DNA of 64,000 bases from NCBI GenBank assembly GCA_009914755.4, contig CP068257.2:35776001-35840000 (forward strand), given 5' to 3'. The stretch comes from the human T2T-CHM13v2.0 reference genome, Homo sapiens. The stretch's first letter is position 1. Every line of letters starts with the position of its first letter. The notes beneath the pieces are model-generated. The model saw nothing but the letters and a program-made list of their open reading frames with translations, had not been told where the DNA came from and ran no database searches. Position numbers and translations under genes: made by a program. This document shows, one piece after another, positions 41,841 to 55,348 of this stretch.

Positions 41841-44800
41841 ATAACTGTAACCAAAATATGTGTATTACATTTTAGAAATTAAGTTGTATGAAATCTTAAA
41901 TACTTCATAACACAAAAGGAAAATACTTTAGCTTTGTCTCTTAAAATATAACTCAGGTAGCAGCACTATGCACAGGTTTCCTAAAACTGTGAAACTGATC
42001 ATTTTTTTCAGATCAGAAACAGTACCCTTGTAGTAAGTAGCATGCTTGATTTTTCTTATGACTTTGACCTTTTATAAAGATACACGTTTGTATTTAATAA
42101 AATGTTGCAAGCTTTTGGGCAGAATTTATCTTGTACTGCCTGTGTAGTCTAGCAAATAAGAGCATAAACTTGAATTCCCTGTTCTTCTTCTGTTGAATTT
42201 GAAGATCAGGTTGTTATTCACTACCTCCTGCTATTACTTTTCTAATTGAAGTCAGATGTTTTAACTGTTGCTTGTACCGTTATGTTGGTGTATGTGAAGT
42301 CTTTATTGGTACTGTCAGATGGTAGGTTCTGCAGAAAAAAAAATCAGTTCTTTGTTTAAGGAACATGAGGTGAAGAATAAATACATGTGACGTTAGATTA
42401 AAAATTCAAGATGACCATATGGAAAAGTGCTGTAAGGATTTATCTGGAAGGGTATAGGGGAAAAAATTCTAGGCCTTTTTATGATAGGGACATGGGAAAT
42501 GGATTGAGAGTCTGGGAAAGGGTTAAAGAGGAAGCCCATAGAATTTGTGTTAAGGTTTTAAATATCACTTAGGTTTCAAACAGCTAGAGAGTAATAAGAA
42601 GAAAGAGCATTTTAGGGTGAGGAATAGGTGAGCAAAAGTAATGTTTCTGGTATTCAGTTGTCAAATGTAAGTGGTCACAGTGATCAAGGACTCCGGGGCC
42701 TTAGGTGTGTCAGTGCCCCAGCTTCCAGGCAGGCTTGTGTCATTCCCTTGAAATAAGACCTGGTGTCTTACTGTTCCAGCTAGCACCATTTCTGGCTTTT
42801 TGTCACTTGGTTTTGTTGGAAGCAGGGCTGTCCACTTTTTGTGTCTGATGGTTAAAGCATAGGACTCTTTTGCCTTCTTTTGTCCCTCCCATTGGCCCTA
42901 AAGCATTGAAACACGGATGCCAAAAATAATTCATGTGAATTTAGATGTTTGTATTAAATTTTCTGTAAAGTGTATCCCTTTAATTGTTCTGGCCTTTATT
43001 TAAGAGCATAGTAAAATTAGACAAGCTAACTGGACAATCTTACAGACTAGTAAAGAATGAAAACCAACATTAAACCATAACATTTGATTCTTAATCACAC
43101 GTCCCCAGGCATATATACTGAACATGTATTCTAAAATAAATTTACAGAAATGCTTTATTCAACCAGTCAGAGGGGACCTAGATACAGAATTTATAATTTA
43201 ACAGAGGTGGATATGTCTTTACATAACTATATGACATGGTGGAGTATGGAGTATCCATGCTGTAAGAGAGGTGGAAATTCAGAAGAGGGAGAAATTTTTG
43301 GATTGGGACTAGGAAAAGATTCTTGGCGAAAATGGTATTTCATATGGTCTTGAGGAATGGGCAGTATTTTAACAGGTGATGTTTGAAGGCTACAGGGTGT
43401 GGAAGATGCTATACCAGTTGAAGATGGGGGCCTGTTCGAAAATTGCATTTACTAAGGTAGATGGTAGAGGAGACTATGTTGTTGAGGGCCCTAAGTGGTG
43501 GATAGTATAGACTTTGAAGTTTTTCTTGTAAAAAGTGGGGGATTTTTGAATTTTTTACAGCAGTGGTTCACAATGTGTTTTTTAAAAACACATGCCCTCC
43601 ATGAATGTTTGCAAGTTTCAAAATAGACATTTCTTTGATTTTTAAAATATGAAAATGTGGTATTGAGTAATTTCAAGGGGTTTTTGAGTTGCCATCATCT
43701 AAAACGAGATATGTTGTAGGAGAAGCAGATTTTTTTGTGGAGTGGAGGGAAGGGATTGATTGTACTTAGAGTCAGGTTTTGAATGGGTTAAAAGTTTTTA
43801 AAACAGCTTTATTGTGTTATAATTGGCCTACAGTAAACTTCACATAATTGAAAGTATACAATTTGATGGATTTTGACAAGTATTACTTGTGAAACTTTTA
43901 CCACAAGTCAGATAATGAAGATTTATTACTTCACTTGTTCCAGAATTTTATATAAACAGGATTATATGTGTTCTTTTTGCCTGGTTTTAGTTCTTTTGAG
44001 AGTCATATGTGTTGTGATACCTATCAGTAGTTCACTGTTTTTATTGCTGAGTAGTATTTCATTGTGTGTATATACTTTGGTTTATCCACTTACCTGTTGA
44101 AGCACATTTGGGTTGTTTCCAGTTTTTGTCTATTACAAATAAAGATGCTATGAATATTGTTGTACAACTTTTTGTATGGACATATGTTTTTATTTCTCTT
44201 TATTTCCTAACATTGGAGTGACTCAATCATGTGGTGGGTATATGCCTAACTTTTAAAGAAACTGCTAAATGGTTTTACAAAGTAGTTGTACCGTTTTACA
44301 TTTTCACCAGCAGTTCAGGAGAGTTTCAGTTGCTTCACATTTTGCCATATTTGGTGGTCAGCCTTTTTAATTTTAGCCATTCTAATACTTGGGTAGTGAT
44401 ATCTCATTGTGTTTCTCTGTGATTAATGTTGTTGAGCATCTTTGTATGTACTTTTTTGCCCCCTGTATGTCGTGTTTGGTGAAGTGTTTGTTCAAATCTT
44501 TTGTCATTCTTTTTTCGGTTATTGAGCTTTTAGAGTTTCTTATACATTTGATACAAATCCTTTATCAAATACATGATTTGCTAAGCTTTTCTCCTAGTCC
44601 ATGGCTTGTCTTTTTATTCTCTTTAAAAGTGTCTTGAAGATCTGATGTTTTCAATTTTTATGAAGCCTAATTTATTCATTTGTTCTTTTATGAAAGCTGC
44701 TTTTGGAAAGTTTTTGCATAATTGTCCCATGATCAAAAACGTTTTTGCCTATGTTTGTTGTTGTTTTTTTCCCCACTAGATTTTACAGTTTTAGGTTTTA

Positions 44801-45797
44801 TATTTAAGTCTGTGGTCCATTTGGAGTTAATGTTTGTTAATAGTGTGCTGCAAAGTATAGATCAAAGATCACTTTTTTTTGCAAATGGATATTCATTTAT
44901 TGTAGAACCATTTGTCAAAAGGACTGTCCTTTCTCCACTGAATTGCCTTTGCACCTTTGTCAAAAATCAGTCTTCCATATATGTGTGGGTCTGTTTGTGG
45001 ATTTTCCATTCTGTTCCATTAATCTATTTGTCCTGATACCAATACCATATTGTGTTGACCTTCTGTGGCCTTAATAATAATTAATGCAATCAGGTAGTCT
45101 TAATTCTACAACTTTCCTCTTATTCAAAGTTTTTATAACTACTCTAGGTCTTTTGCATTTTCATATGAATTTTCAAATCAGTTCGCTAATTTCTTCAATA
45201 AAGTTTGCTAGGATGTTGATTGGGGTTGTGTTGAATATATAGATAATTTCAGAAGAATTGATACTTTAACTGTATTGATTTTTGGACCCGTGCACATATA
45301 TCTATTTAGCCCTTTCTCTCATTTTTCTAATTTTCAGTATGCAGTTTTTTCATGTATTTTGTCAGGTTTATGCCTAAGTATTTCATATTTTTGTCACTAT
45401 TTTAAATGGCTTTTAAATTTCAGTTTCTGATATATAGTTACAGTACTAGCACATAGAAATACAATTGATATAAATATATCCTTGTATTCTGTGACCTTGC
45501 TAAAATCACTTAATAATGCAGCTTTTTGGTAGGTTCCATCACATTTTCTATCTAGATAATCACATTTCCTATGATGAGAGACAATTTTTCTGCTTTCCAG
45601 TTTGGTTACCTTGTATGTATTTCTTTTTCTTGCCGTTCTACATTGGCTCCAACCTCTATGGAATGTGGAATATATATGGAACATAGACTACAATGTTGAA
45701 TAGAAGTAGTGAAAGAGGACATTCTGTTTTGTTCTTTATGTTAGAGGATCAAACAGTATGTTAGCTGTAGAGTTTTTTTGTCAGTGTCCTTTATCAC

Positions 45798-46086
45798 AAG
45801 GGTCCCCAACCCCTGGTACTGTCTGAGGCCTGTTAGGAACTGGGCCGCACAGCAGGAGGTGCCGAGCACTACCACCTGAGCTCTGCCTCTTTTCATGTCA
45901 CCTGAAGCATTAGACTCGCATAGACATGCACATGCAAGGGATCCAGGTTGCGTGCTTCTTATGAGAGTCTAATGCCTGATGATCTGAGGTAGAACAGTTT
46001 TTCATTCTGAAACCATATCTCCCCCCATGGAAAAACTGTCCTCCATGAAACCAGTCCCTGGTGCCAAAAAGTTTGGGGGACCGCTG
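45798..46086. mobile_element. MER1-like hAT non-autonomous DNA transposon (about 289 bp), nested in the L1 and flanked by an 8-bp TSD 'ctttatca' (45790-45797 and 46087-46094).
   Basis: 'caagggtccccaacccctggtactgtctgaggcctgttaggaactgggccgcacagcaggaggtgccgagc...ctgcctcttttcatgtcacctgaagcattagactcgcatagacatgcacatgcaagggatccaggttgcgtgcttcttatgagagtctaatgcctgatgatctgaggtagaacagtttttcattctgaaaccat...ccctggtgccaaaaagtttgggggaccgctg'. An 8-bp duplication is the hAT hallmark. Confidence 0.55.
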
Positions 46087-46473
46087 CTTTATCAGATTGG
46101 GAAAGATACCTTCTATTTCTAGTTAATGAAAGTTTGTTTTAGGTCAAGTATGGATGTTGGATTTGTCAAATGTTTTTTCTGCATCTCCCGAGATTACCAC
46201 ATGGTTTTTATTTTTTAGTTAATTTGATGAATTGTACTGATTGATTTCTTAATGTTAAACTGATAATAGTGTTTGCTGAAATAAAGGTCACTTTGTTATG
46301 ATGGTCTTTATTTTGATTGTTTGATTCAAATAGTTACAATTTTGTTTAGAATTTTTATATCTTATGTTCATGAAAGATATTGGGGTTTTATTGATTTCTG
46401 TTTTTCTGTTTTGTTGATTTCTACTCTGGATCCTTATTTTTGTTATTCCGTTGACTTTGATTTTGTTTGCTCC

Positions 46474-46799
<326 letters not shown>

Positions 46800-46970
46800 T
46801 AGTGTATTAAGGTAAAAAGCAGAAGCCATTGATTTAAGAACTCTTTTCCTTTCTAATAGAGATGATTAATGCTATAATATTCTCCGTAACTATTGTCTTA
46901 GCTGTATCAAAAATTTTGATATATTTTATTTTCATTCTTTTCAGAATGCTTTATAATTTGCTGTTTGCTT

Positions 46971-47060
46971 TCTTCCTTGAGTTGTGGTTATTTAGGACTA
47001 TTTTGTTTTGAGTTATGGTTTCTTCCTTGAGTTGTGGTTATTTAGGACTATTTTGTTTTA
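46971..47060. repeat. Local tandem duplication of about 50 bp x 2 inside L1-derived sequence ('tcttccttgagttgtggttatttaggactattttgtttt').
   Basis: Direct inspection. Confidence 0.7.
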
Positions 47061-48946
47061 CTTACATGGTTCTGTTACTTTATTCTGATTTAGTTTGTCA
47101 CCAGAGAACGTATTTTGAATAACTCGATTTCCTTTAATTTATTAGGGTTTGTTTTGTACCCCATAATGTTGTCTATCTTGGTTACAGTTGCTTTGTCCCT
47201 AGAAAAGAATGTATATTCTGCTGTTCTTTGGTAGAATATTCTCTAAATGTTAATTAGGTCAACTTGGTCGGTAGTGTTGATCAGATCTTGTATATCTTTA
47301 TTGATTTTCTCTCCACTTGTTCTATCAAATATTGAGAGACGGATATTGAAATCTCTTAATATAATTGTGTCTATCGTTGTAGTTTTATCATTTTTTTTGG
47401 TCTGTGTGTTTTAAAGCTCTGTTAATAGGTTCATAGATGTTCAGGATTTAGTATGTTCTCTTGGTGATTTGACACTTTTATCATTGGAAAATAACTTTCA
47501 TCTCGTGATATTCTTCAGACTGCAGCATACTTTCTTTGATAATATAGCCATTCTGTCTTAATTTTGATAGCATGATATATCTTTTCCCAGATGTTTACTT
47601 TTAATCTATTAATGTCTTTGTATTAGAAATTTATTTCTTACAGACACATATAGTTGACTTGCTTTTCTTGTTGTTCCTGGTCTGAAATCTCTGCTTCTCA
47701 TTTGAGGTATTTAGATCATTTGTGTTTAATGTGATTATTGGTATGTTTTGGTTTAAATCTGTCATCCTGCTATTTATTTCCTATTTGTGTTGTCTGTTTT
47801 TCCCCTTTCCTCTTTTTCTCCTACCGTCTTTTATTCTGCTTTTGGATTGATTGAAATTTTTAAATGATTTGATTTTCTTCCTTTTATTGGTTTATTCATT
47901 TTAACCTTGTTTTTTAAATTTAGTGGTTTCTCTTTATCTTATCACAGTCTACTTCCAAAGGATATTAGATCACTTCACGTATAGTGTATTGACCATACCA
48001 TAGTATTCTTCTATTTCTCTACTACTGTCCTTTTTACTGACTTTAAAATAGATTTTGTTTGTGCATATGTTATTAACCTTACACTACATTACTATTATTG
48101 TTTAAACACTTAGATTTAAATAAGAATTCCTGTATTCTTATCCATTTCGTTATCTTTTCTGGTCTTCATTCCTTTGTATAGGTCCATATTTCCATCTAGT
48201 TTCATTTTCCTTCATCCTGAGTATTTCTATTAACATTTTTTGTAGTGCGTATTTACTAATGATGTATTCTTTCACCTTTTAGGTATCTGAAAATGCCTTT
48301 ATTTTGCTGTTTTTTTTTTTTTTTGACAGATATTTTCAGTGGGTATGGAACTCTAAATGACACTTTTTTCTTTCAGTAATTTAAAAATGTTGCTGCACCA
48401 TCTGCTCTCTCGCATTGTTTCTTACAGAAAATCTTCTTTATTCATTTGTATATAATATGTCTCTTTTTCTGGCCGTTTTTAAGATTTTTCTGTTTATCAT
48501 TGGTTTTTAGCAGTTTGATAATTACGTACCTTAGTTTAGTTTTCTTTGTGTTTCTTGTGCTTGGGGTTTGTTGAACTTTTAGATCTATGGGTTTGTAGTT
48601 TTTATCAGATTTGGAAGATTTTTGACCATTAGTTTTTCAAAATTTTTGGGTTCTCCTTTCTGTCAGGAACTTTAGTTACATGTATATTATTAGGGTGCTT
48701 GAGATTGTCCCAGAACTCAGTGAATGTCTGTTAACTTTTTAAAATCTTTTCTGTTTTGACATCCAATTTCAGTTGTTGAGTACTCATTTGGAATTCTGAG
48801 GTAGTTTTTATTGCTGTGTCTTCAAGGTCACTAGTCCTTTTTTCTGTACTATCTAACCTTTTATTAGTTTTACCCTTTGTGTTTTTTATCATTCACATTG
48901 TAGTTTTTATTTCCATTTCTATTTCATCATCTCCTCCTCTTCTTTC

Positions 48947-49084
48947 TTTTTTTAAAATAGAGACAGGGTCTTCCTATGTCTCTGTTTGCTATGACGGGCT
49001 GGATTTGAATTCCTGGCCTCAAGTGATATTCCTGTCCCAGCCTCCCAAAGTGCTGGGATTATAGGTGTGAGCCAGCATGCCTGA
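48947..49084 (-). mobile_element. Alu left-monomer-only fragment (FLAM-like or 3'-deleted Alu), reverse orientation.
   Basis: 'tttttttaaaatagagacagggtcttcctatgtctctgtttgctatgacgggctggatttgaattcctggcctcaagtgatattcctgtcccagcctcccaaagtgctgggattataggtgtgagccagcatgcctg'. Confidence 0.8.
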
Positions 49085-49188
49085 ACTGTAGTTTTCATTT
49101 CTAGTTCAATTTGGGTGTCTTAAAAATATTTTCCATGACATCCCTTAGATATTTGAATACATGGAGTACAGTTATAGTACCTGTTTCT

Positions 49189-49471
49189 GTTTTTTGTTTT
49201 GAGACAGGGTCTCACTCTGTCACCCAGCCTGGAGTGCAGTGGTGCTTTTGTAGCTCACTGGGGCCTCATACTCCAGGGCTCAAGGAATCTTCTCCTGCCT
49301 CAGGCTTCTGAGTAGCTGGGACCTACAGGCATGCACTACCAAGCCCAGCTAATTTTTAAATTTGTAGTAGAAACGAAGTCTCTTGGTGTTGCCCAGGCTG
49401 GTCTCAAGGGAGCCTCCTGCCTTGGCCTCTCAAAGTGCTGAGATTACAGGTGTGAGCCACTGTCCGCAACC
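49189..49471 (-). mobile_element. Full-length Alu, reverse orientation.
   Basis: 'ttttttgttttgagacagggtctcactctgtcacccagcctggagtgcagtggtgcttttgtagctcactggggcc...' ending '...gagattacaggtgtgagccactgtccgcaacc'. Confidence 0.9.
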
Positions 49472-49493
49472 ATAGACCAGGGTAGGAGATGTC

Positions 49494-49656
49494 TTTTTTT
49501 TTCCCCTTTCTTTTAGAGACAGGGTCTTGCTCTGGGGCCCAGGCTGAAGTGCATTGGTGCAATCATAACTTACTGCAACCTTCAACTCCTCAAGAGATCC
49601 TCCTGCTTCAGCCTCCCAAAGCACTGGGATTACAGATTGAGCCACCGCTCCTGGCC
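49494..49656 (-). mobile_element. Internally deleted Alu (about 165 bp: the 3' end of the right arm joined to the 5' end of the left arm), reverse orientation.
   Basis: 'tttttttttcccctttcttttagagacagggtcttgctctggggcccaggctgaagtgcattggtgcaatcataacttactgcaaccttcaactcctcaagagatcctcctgcttcagcctcccaaagcactgggattacagattgagccaccgctcctggcc'. Confidence 0.8.
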
Positions 49657-50019
49657 AGTACCTGTTTGGGTCCATTTCTGTTAATTCTAACAGCTGTATC
49701 AATTCCTGATTGGTTTCCATTGATTGATTTCCCCCACCCGTATGGGTTGTGTCTTTCTGCTTTTGTGCGTACCTGGACATTTTTTATTGTGTACCAGCCA
49801 TTGTGAATTTTCACTTTGTCGGGTGCCGAGTATTTTTGTATTTCTTCTGTAAGTTTTCTTGGCTTTTGTTCTGGAACAGTCGGGTTACTTAGAAATAGTT
49901 TGATCTTTGAGTCTTACTTCTGAGATTTTTTAGGTGGGACCAGTGCAGTGTTTAATGATAATTATTCTTCACAAATGGGAGCAGTGTAGTCCTGTGTAGT
50001 TTATCCAATGCTCGGTGAG

Positions 50020-50330
50020 TATCGATGTTTCCCATTCTGGTTGGTGTGGGAAGCTTCTGGTAGTTTGCTGGCAATCTTGGGCATTCCTTGGCTTCTGCTG
50101 CATTACGCCTATCTTTGCCTTCTTTCTCACACGGTGGTCTTCCTGTGTGTGTGTCTGTCTCTGTCTAAATTTCTCCATTTTATAATAACACCAGTCATAT
50201 TGCATTAGTGCCTACCCTGATGACCTCATCTTAACTAATTATGTGTGCAGCAAAGCTTTTTTCCAAAGATGGTAACATTCTGAGGTACTGGGGTTAGGAT
50301 TTGAGCATAGAATTTTGAGGGGACACAAGT
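50020..50330 (+). mobile_element. 3' portion of the same ancient interspersed repeat family as 6243-6725 (name not recalled).
   Basis: '...cttctggtagtttgctggcaatcttgggcattccttggcttctgctgcattacgcctatctttgccttctttctcacacggtggtcttcctgtgtgtgtgtctgtctctgtctaaatttctccattttataataacaccagtcatattgcattagtgcctaccctgatgacctcatcttaactaattatgtgtgcagcaaag...ggtaacattctgaggtactggggttaggatttgag...gggacacaagttgacc'. Confidence 0.4.
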
Positions 50331-51324
50331 TGACCTGTAACGTTGCCCCTGGAATGTTTCCTGAATATACTTCTGTGCTCTTAGGGTGTTACACACCTCC
50401 TTCTCTCAGCTTGGTATGCCCCCGTTCCTTTCTTCTGCTTCTCTTTCTTAAAAGCCACCTGCTGATGAGAACCTCTGTTTAGAAGGTTTATCAGATTGTA
50501 CCTTTTATTATAAATATTTACATGGCATATTTCTGCACATAAAACATTTTTGAAGACCTGGAGAGGATTTGTCCCACTTCTTTCACTGTCTCCCAGTACC
50601 ACCTGTAGTACTTTATAACTAGTGATTACCCGAATTGAATACGTTAATGAGTATGTCTGAACAGACAAGTTGCAGAATGGACATTTTAAGAAAGATCAGT
50701 AACTGCAGGAAGGATTGGAGGCTTAGGCATCTGGAGTGAGGAATTCATTTTGGAGATTATTATAGTAAGTCAGGCACGCATTAATTTATTAATTGAGCCT
50801 ACTAAGTACGGAAGCCTTCACTGGGTATCAGGTGTAGACCTGTGACAATTTCAGAATTTGCCTCTGTCCCCATGGACCTTACTGTGTGTGGGGAGTCATG
50901 AGGTAAGAACAGAAAAGATGGACAAGAAGGGTTTTCCTGAGGAACCCTAGACAAACCTTGAGAATGATTAGTCATGGAGGTGAGGATGAAGCATCGAAAA
51001 ACATGATGCCAAGCCTGGGTGCATGAGAGAGGACCGTTAGTAGAAATGAGAAGTCAGGCATTTGGTGGGTAGGGGATGATAAATTAGTTTGCTTCTAGAT
51101 AAGATGAGTAGAACATCTAAGTAGAAAATCCAGATTGCAGAAAACTCACAGTTGAATGGTGGAGTGGTAGATGTTCTTGCTTGGGTATAAAGGGAGAGAG
51201 AGCACCAGCAGTTAGTTGGGTGAAGGGGCTGACAGTCAAGAGCAGAGATTTTTCTGGGTAGGTGCTACACCGAACATATTTGTAGGAAGAGGGGAAGTGA
51301 CTGGGGCACTGGGAGGTGACATGC

Positions 51325-51470
51325 AATTATTTCCATTTTACAAATGAGAAAACTGGGACACCTAAAAGTTAAGAAAGGTGCCCCAGGGACACAGCTAGTA
51401 AGTGGTGGAGCCAGAATGGAAATCTGGGCAGGATGGCGGCAGAATCTGTGCTCCTAGGCACAGGATGGTG
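51325..51470 (-). mobile_element. MIR core, reverse orientation.
   Basis: 'ttatttccattttacaaatgagaaaactgggacacctaaaagttaagaaaggtgccccagggacacagctagtaagtggtggagccagaatggaaatctgggcagg', compared with MIR 'tccccattttacagatgaggaaactgaggcacagagaggttaagtgacttgcccaaggtcacacagctagtaagtggcagagctgggattcgaacccagg'. Confidence 0.6.
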
Positions 51471-52211
51471 CTTCTGATAGTTTTCTTTAAATCTATTAAC
51501 TTTTTAATATGTTAGTTTGCTTTCATAGGGAATTAATACTATAAAGTTAGAACACCAGCCCTGCTTGTCACTTACAGAAGGCAAGAGTAAACACGAATAT
51601 AGGGAAAGCAGAATAATTCAACAAAACAGAATGCACACCGGAAAGTAATGGAACTATTTGTGATCAGTTAGTAACTAAGGGGTGTTTTCTGTTAGATGCC
51701 AGGAGGTTTAAGATGATGAGGAATGTTTCGGAAAATAAGCAACAAGCATTTGAGCATTTACTGTGCCAAGCATTTCATGTTGGTGCGGGGGATGAAGTAG
51801 TGACTAAGACAGAGTCCCTGCTTTTGTGGAGCTCGTTTTGTAATGGAGAGAGATACACAGTAAACATCTGAACAAATAGAGTTGGGGAAGATGCAGTTTT
51901 TGCTGGGAAGATCAGGGATAGTCTTTCCATGGGAGTGCTTTTTTTCTATTTCATTTGGTTTATTTCAAATGAGCAAATACATCTGTGGGGTAGTCTGGTT
52001 TATAGAAGTGCCCATCAGTCATGCAGATCTCTTGTATCATGAACAGTGTGACATTTTTTCCCCATTGGAGTACAGTAGTAACAGTTTTTCCATATCAAAG
52101 CCCAGCACCCTCTATATAAAAGAGTAGTCATTTGTAATCAGATGCCAAGAAAAAGTTGGGAATTTTAGCACCCTGTCCTTAACCAATATTAGCAGTCTTA
52201 ACATTCTTACT

Positions 52212-52341
52212 GGCAGGGCACAGTGGCTTATGCCTGTAATCCCAGCACTTTGGGAGGTTGAGGTGGGAGTATTGCTTGAGGAGTTCGAGACCACCCTGGG
52301 CAGCCTAGTGAGACCCTCATCTGTATTTTAAAATAAAAAAA
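52212..52341 (+). mobile_element. Alu left monomer / FLAM-like element with a short A-tail, flanked by a 13-bp TSD 'aacattcttactg'.
   Basis: 'ggcagggcacagtggcttatgcctgtaatcccagcactttgggaggttgaggtgggagtattgcttgaggagttcgagaccaccctgggcagcctagtgagaccctcatctgtattttaaaataaaaaaa'. The 13-mer is repeated at 52200-52212 and 52343-52355. Confidence 0.85.
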
Positions 52342-55040
52342 CAACATTCTTACTGTAATTGATGTGGGAGGAAGAGCATCCCTGCTTCTAAAACGGTAAA
52401 TCAGTGTTGCTACCGGAGTATCTTAGGCGTTAAGAAGTGAACGCAGTGATGTGCAGGAAAATGTATTGGAAAATCCTTGTTAGTGACCCACACCTGCTGT
52501 CCTTGTTGCTCTGAAGAACATGCTACAACTGCAAGTTTGAAAAAGTTTTCCTGAGCATTGGGCCTCTCAACGCTCTCATTTTGCATGTAATGGATTACAT
52601 TGCTGTCTTATTTTAGCCATCTCCTAAGAAGTATTAGCTCTGAAAACATATTTGCTTTTTTTCTAGAATGCATTGAACTAAATGCATTACTATTAAGATA
52701 AATACTGCAGTGGATGCAACTCTTAAAAAAGCTAACAAGTTGCATTTTCAAGAAATTCAAAATGAAAATGGCCTACTAAGGTCTGTGGGGAAAACTTTTA
52801 GAAAATCATTTAAATTGATTTTCCCTATTTAATAAAGTAGTTAATGGGAAAATTCACATGGCTTTCCAGCTATTAAAATATTCCTATCCTGACATTTGAG
52901 AATCTACAATGTATAGGCAGGTTTGAAATTCTTTTTTTTTTTTTTAATTTGAGTGGTGTTTCAGAGTTTACAAGTGTGCTCACACGTGTTACCTCACGTG
53001 AACCTCACAGAGATGTCAGAGTGGCTTATCATCCCAACTTTACAGTAATGGCAGATGAGCCTTGGAAAAGGTCAGGGTCACACAGTGAGTTAGTAGATCT
53101 GAGGCTAAAATGGACTTTTCTGTTTATCATATTGTTTACTGAATGCCTGTAATATGCCTTAGGTACGCAAGAGATCTTGTTCTGCGCCCCACCTTGTGGC
53201 GGTGGAAGCACACAGGTCAGGCCAGAGGAGGAGTTCTGCTCCTTTTGTGCTCCCTCTGTGATTTGGGAGCATGCAGTTCTTCATAAGAATCCCCACTCTC
53301 CTGATTGTTACTAGTCTTGCCACCATTCCTCATTGCTACCACTTGTCCCCTGTGTGAGAGGGATGGGTTGGGAGGGGAAGAGAGGGCACTTAACATCTGA
53401 TTACAGAGGCAGAGCTTTATGTGTAATAAATGCTCTACTCTCCTAACAGGAGAACTTGCTTCTTTTATATCCCCTTCCTCCCTGTCAATCTATGATTGGA
53501 TCTCAGGAGGTGAGTTGAGTGAGACAGTGTTTTCTCTGAGGGCCTTGTTTCCTGCTCATTCACTAAAGATTTGTCAGTGAATGAAGCAGCACTTCCACCC
53601 TCAGGATCTTATGTTATAGTTGGGGGGAAAGTGACAATGACACACCCCATGTAACTTATAAATAAATATATTTTATGATACTAATATATAAGTGTACATA
53701 TATATACACATTTTTATATGTGAACATACATTAAAAAAACATAATTTCAGAATGCCTCACACGAATCTTGCTGCCACTCAAGCCTTTAAGACCTAAAGTC
53801 TGCTTACCTCTTTTTGTAAATAAAGTTTTATTGGAATATAGCCCTACTCATTGGTTTATGTATTATATCTGTGGCTGCTTTTGTGCTACATGGGAAGAGT
53901 TTTGATTAATTGCAACAGAAGCTTCATCTTCCGCAAAGCCTAAAACATTCACACTCTGGCCCCTTAAGAGAAAGCTTGCTGACCCCTGCTCAGGATGTAG
54001 CAAGCATTGTACTCACGGCATTATACTCACGGCCATGGTGCAGCTGCAGACTTAGAAAAGAAGGCTTGAGTTGGCGAGCTGATGGACATGGCAGGTGGGT
54101 GGAACTTAGCAGTGGAGTGGGTAGTTTCTAGCCTCTAGGTGTGGGATCACTGTGCTAAGTCAGGAAGTGTGGCTAATCTTTGCTTAGAGGTGGGGAACTT
54201 GTGCTTTTAAGAAAGCACTTGGTGTTTTCTAGTAAATGTGAATTGTGGCGATTAAAAAAATTGTATATTAAAATTCGGAATTAACAAGTTTATGTAAATT
54301 AGAAAGTGAGAGTTGCCGCTGTCCCCTCAATTCCCACTCTTCAAGGTGTTAAGAGCTGTTAAGAGATGGAGTTTTTCCCCCTCTGAGTATTAACTTCTAC
54401 TTAGTAATTTAAAAATCTGCTATATTTTAGACCATCTTTTTTTACATTGTGACCCTGAGGTTCACTTGATTCCCAAAATGTAGTCGGGATTGTTCAGTTG
54501 AGTGTTTGTTACATAGAAGATTAACGTGTAAAATATTTCAGAAGAGATTTTAATAGACATCTCCCTGTCAGTTGATGAGTTGACATTGTTTTTCTAAATA
54601 GTTTTAGAATTAGGCTTTTTATGACAAGTATTAAAGCACTTTGTACTGTATTACTGGTATTTTAAATTTTTACAATTTTTTTTAAAAACTCTTGTTCTGG
54701 TGGAGGGTCCCATAATCAGAGTCACCTGAGAAACTTCAGAACAATGCTGGTGCCTGGTCCCCATTTCAGGCCTAGCAAGTCCAAAACTCTAGAGGTCAGG
54801 AGATCATCTACATTTGTAAAAGCTCTGCAAGTGAGCTATGGAGTAGATAACACTTTTTATAACATAACTTTGTTTTTATAATAATTTGTGGGAAAATAGG
54901 AAGGTTTAACATGAAATATTATAGGTATGATTTATATTTCTAGTACAGGTCATGATTTATGCTGAAAAAACTTGTATATTTTATTTAAACTCAAATATTG
55001 AGCAAAGGAGGGAAATATATATAAAACAAGTATTTAAAAT

Positions 55041-55348
<308 letters not shown>

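Noticed and set aside
53556-53610. Small perfect hairpin 'cattcact aaagatttgtc agtgaatg' (8-bp stem).
   Set aside because: Short palindromes of this size are expected by chance many times in 64 kb. There is no supporting context.
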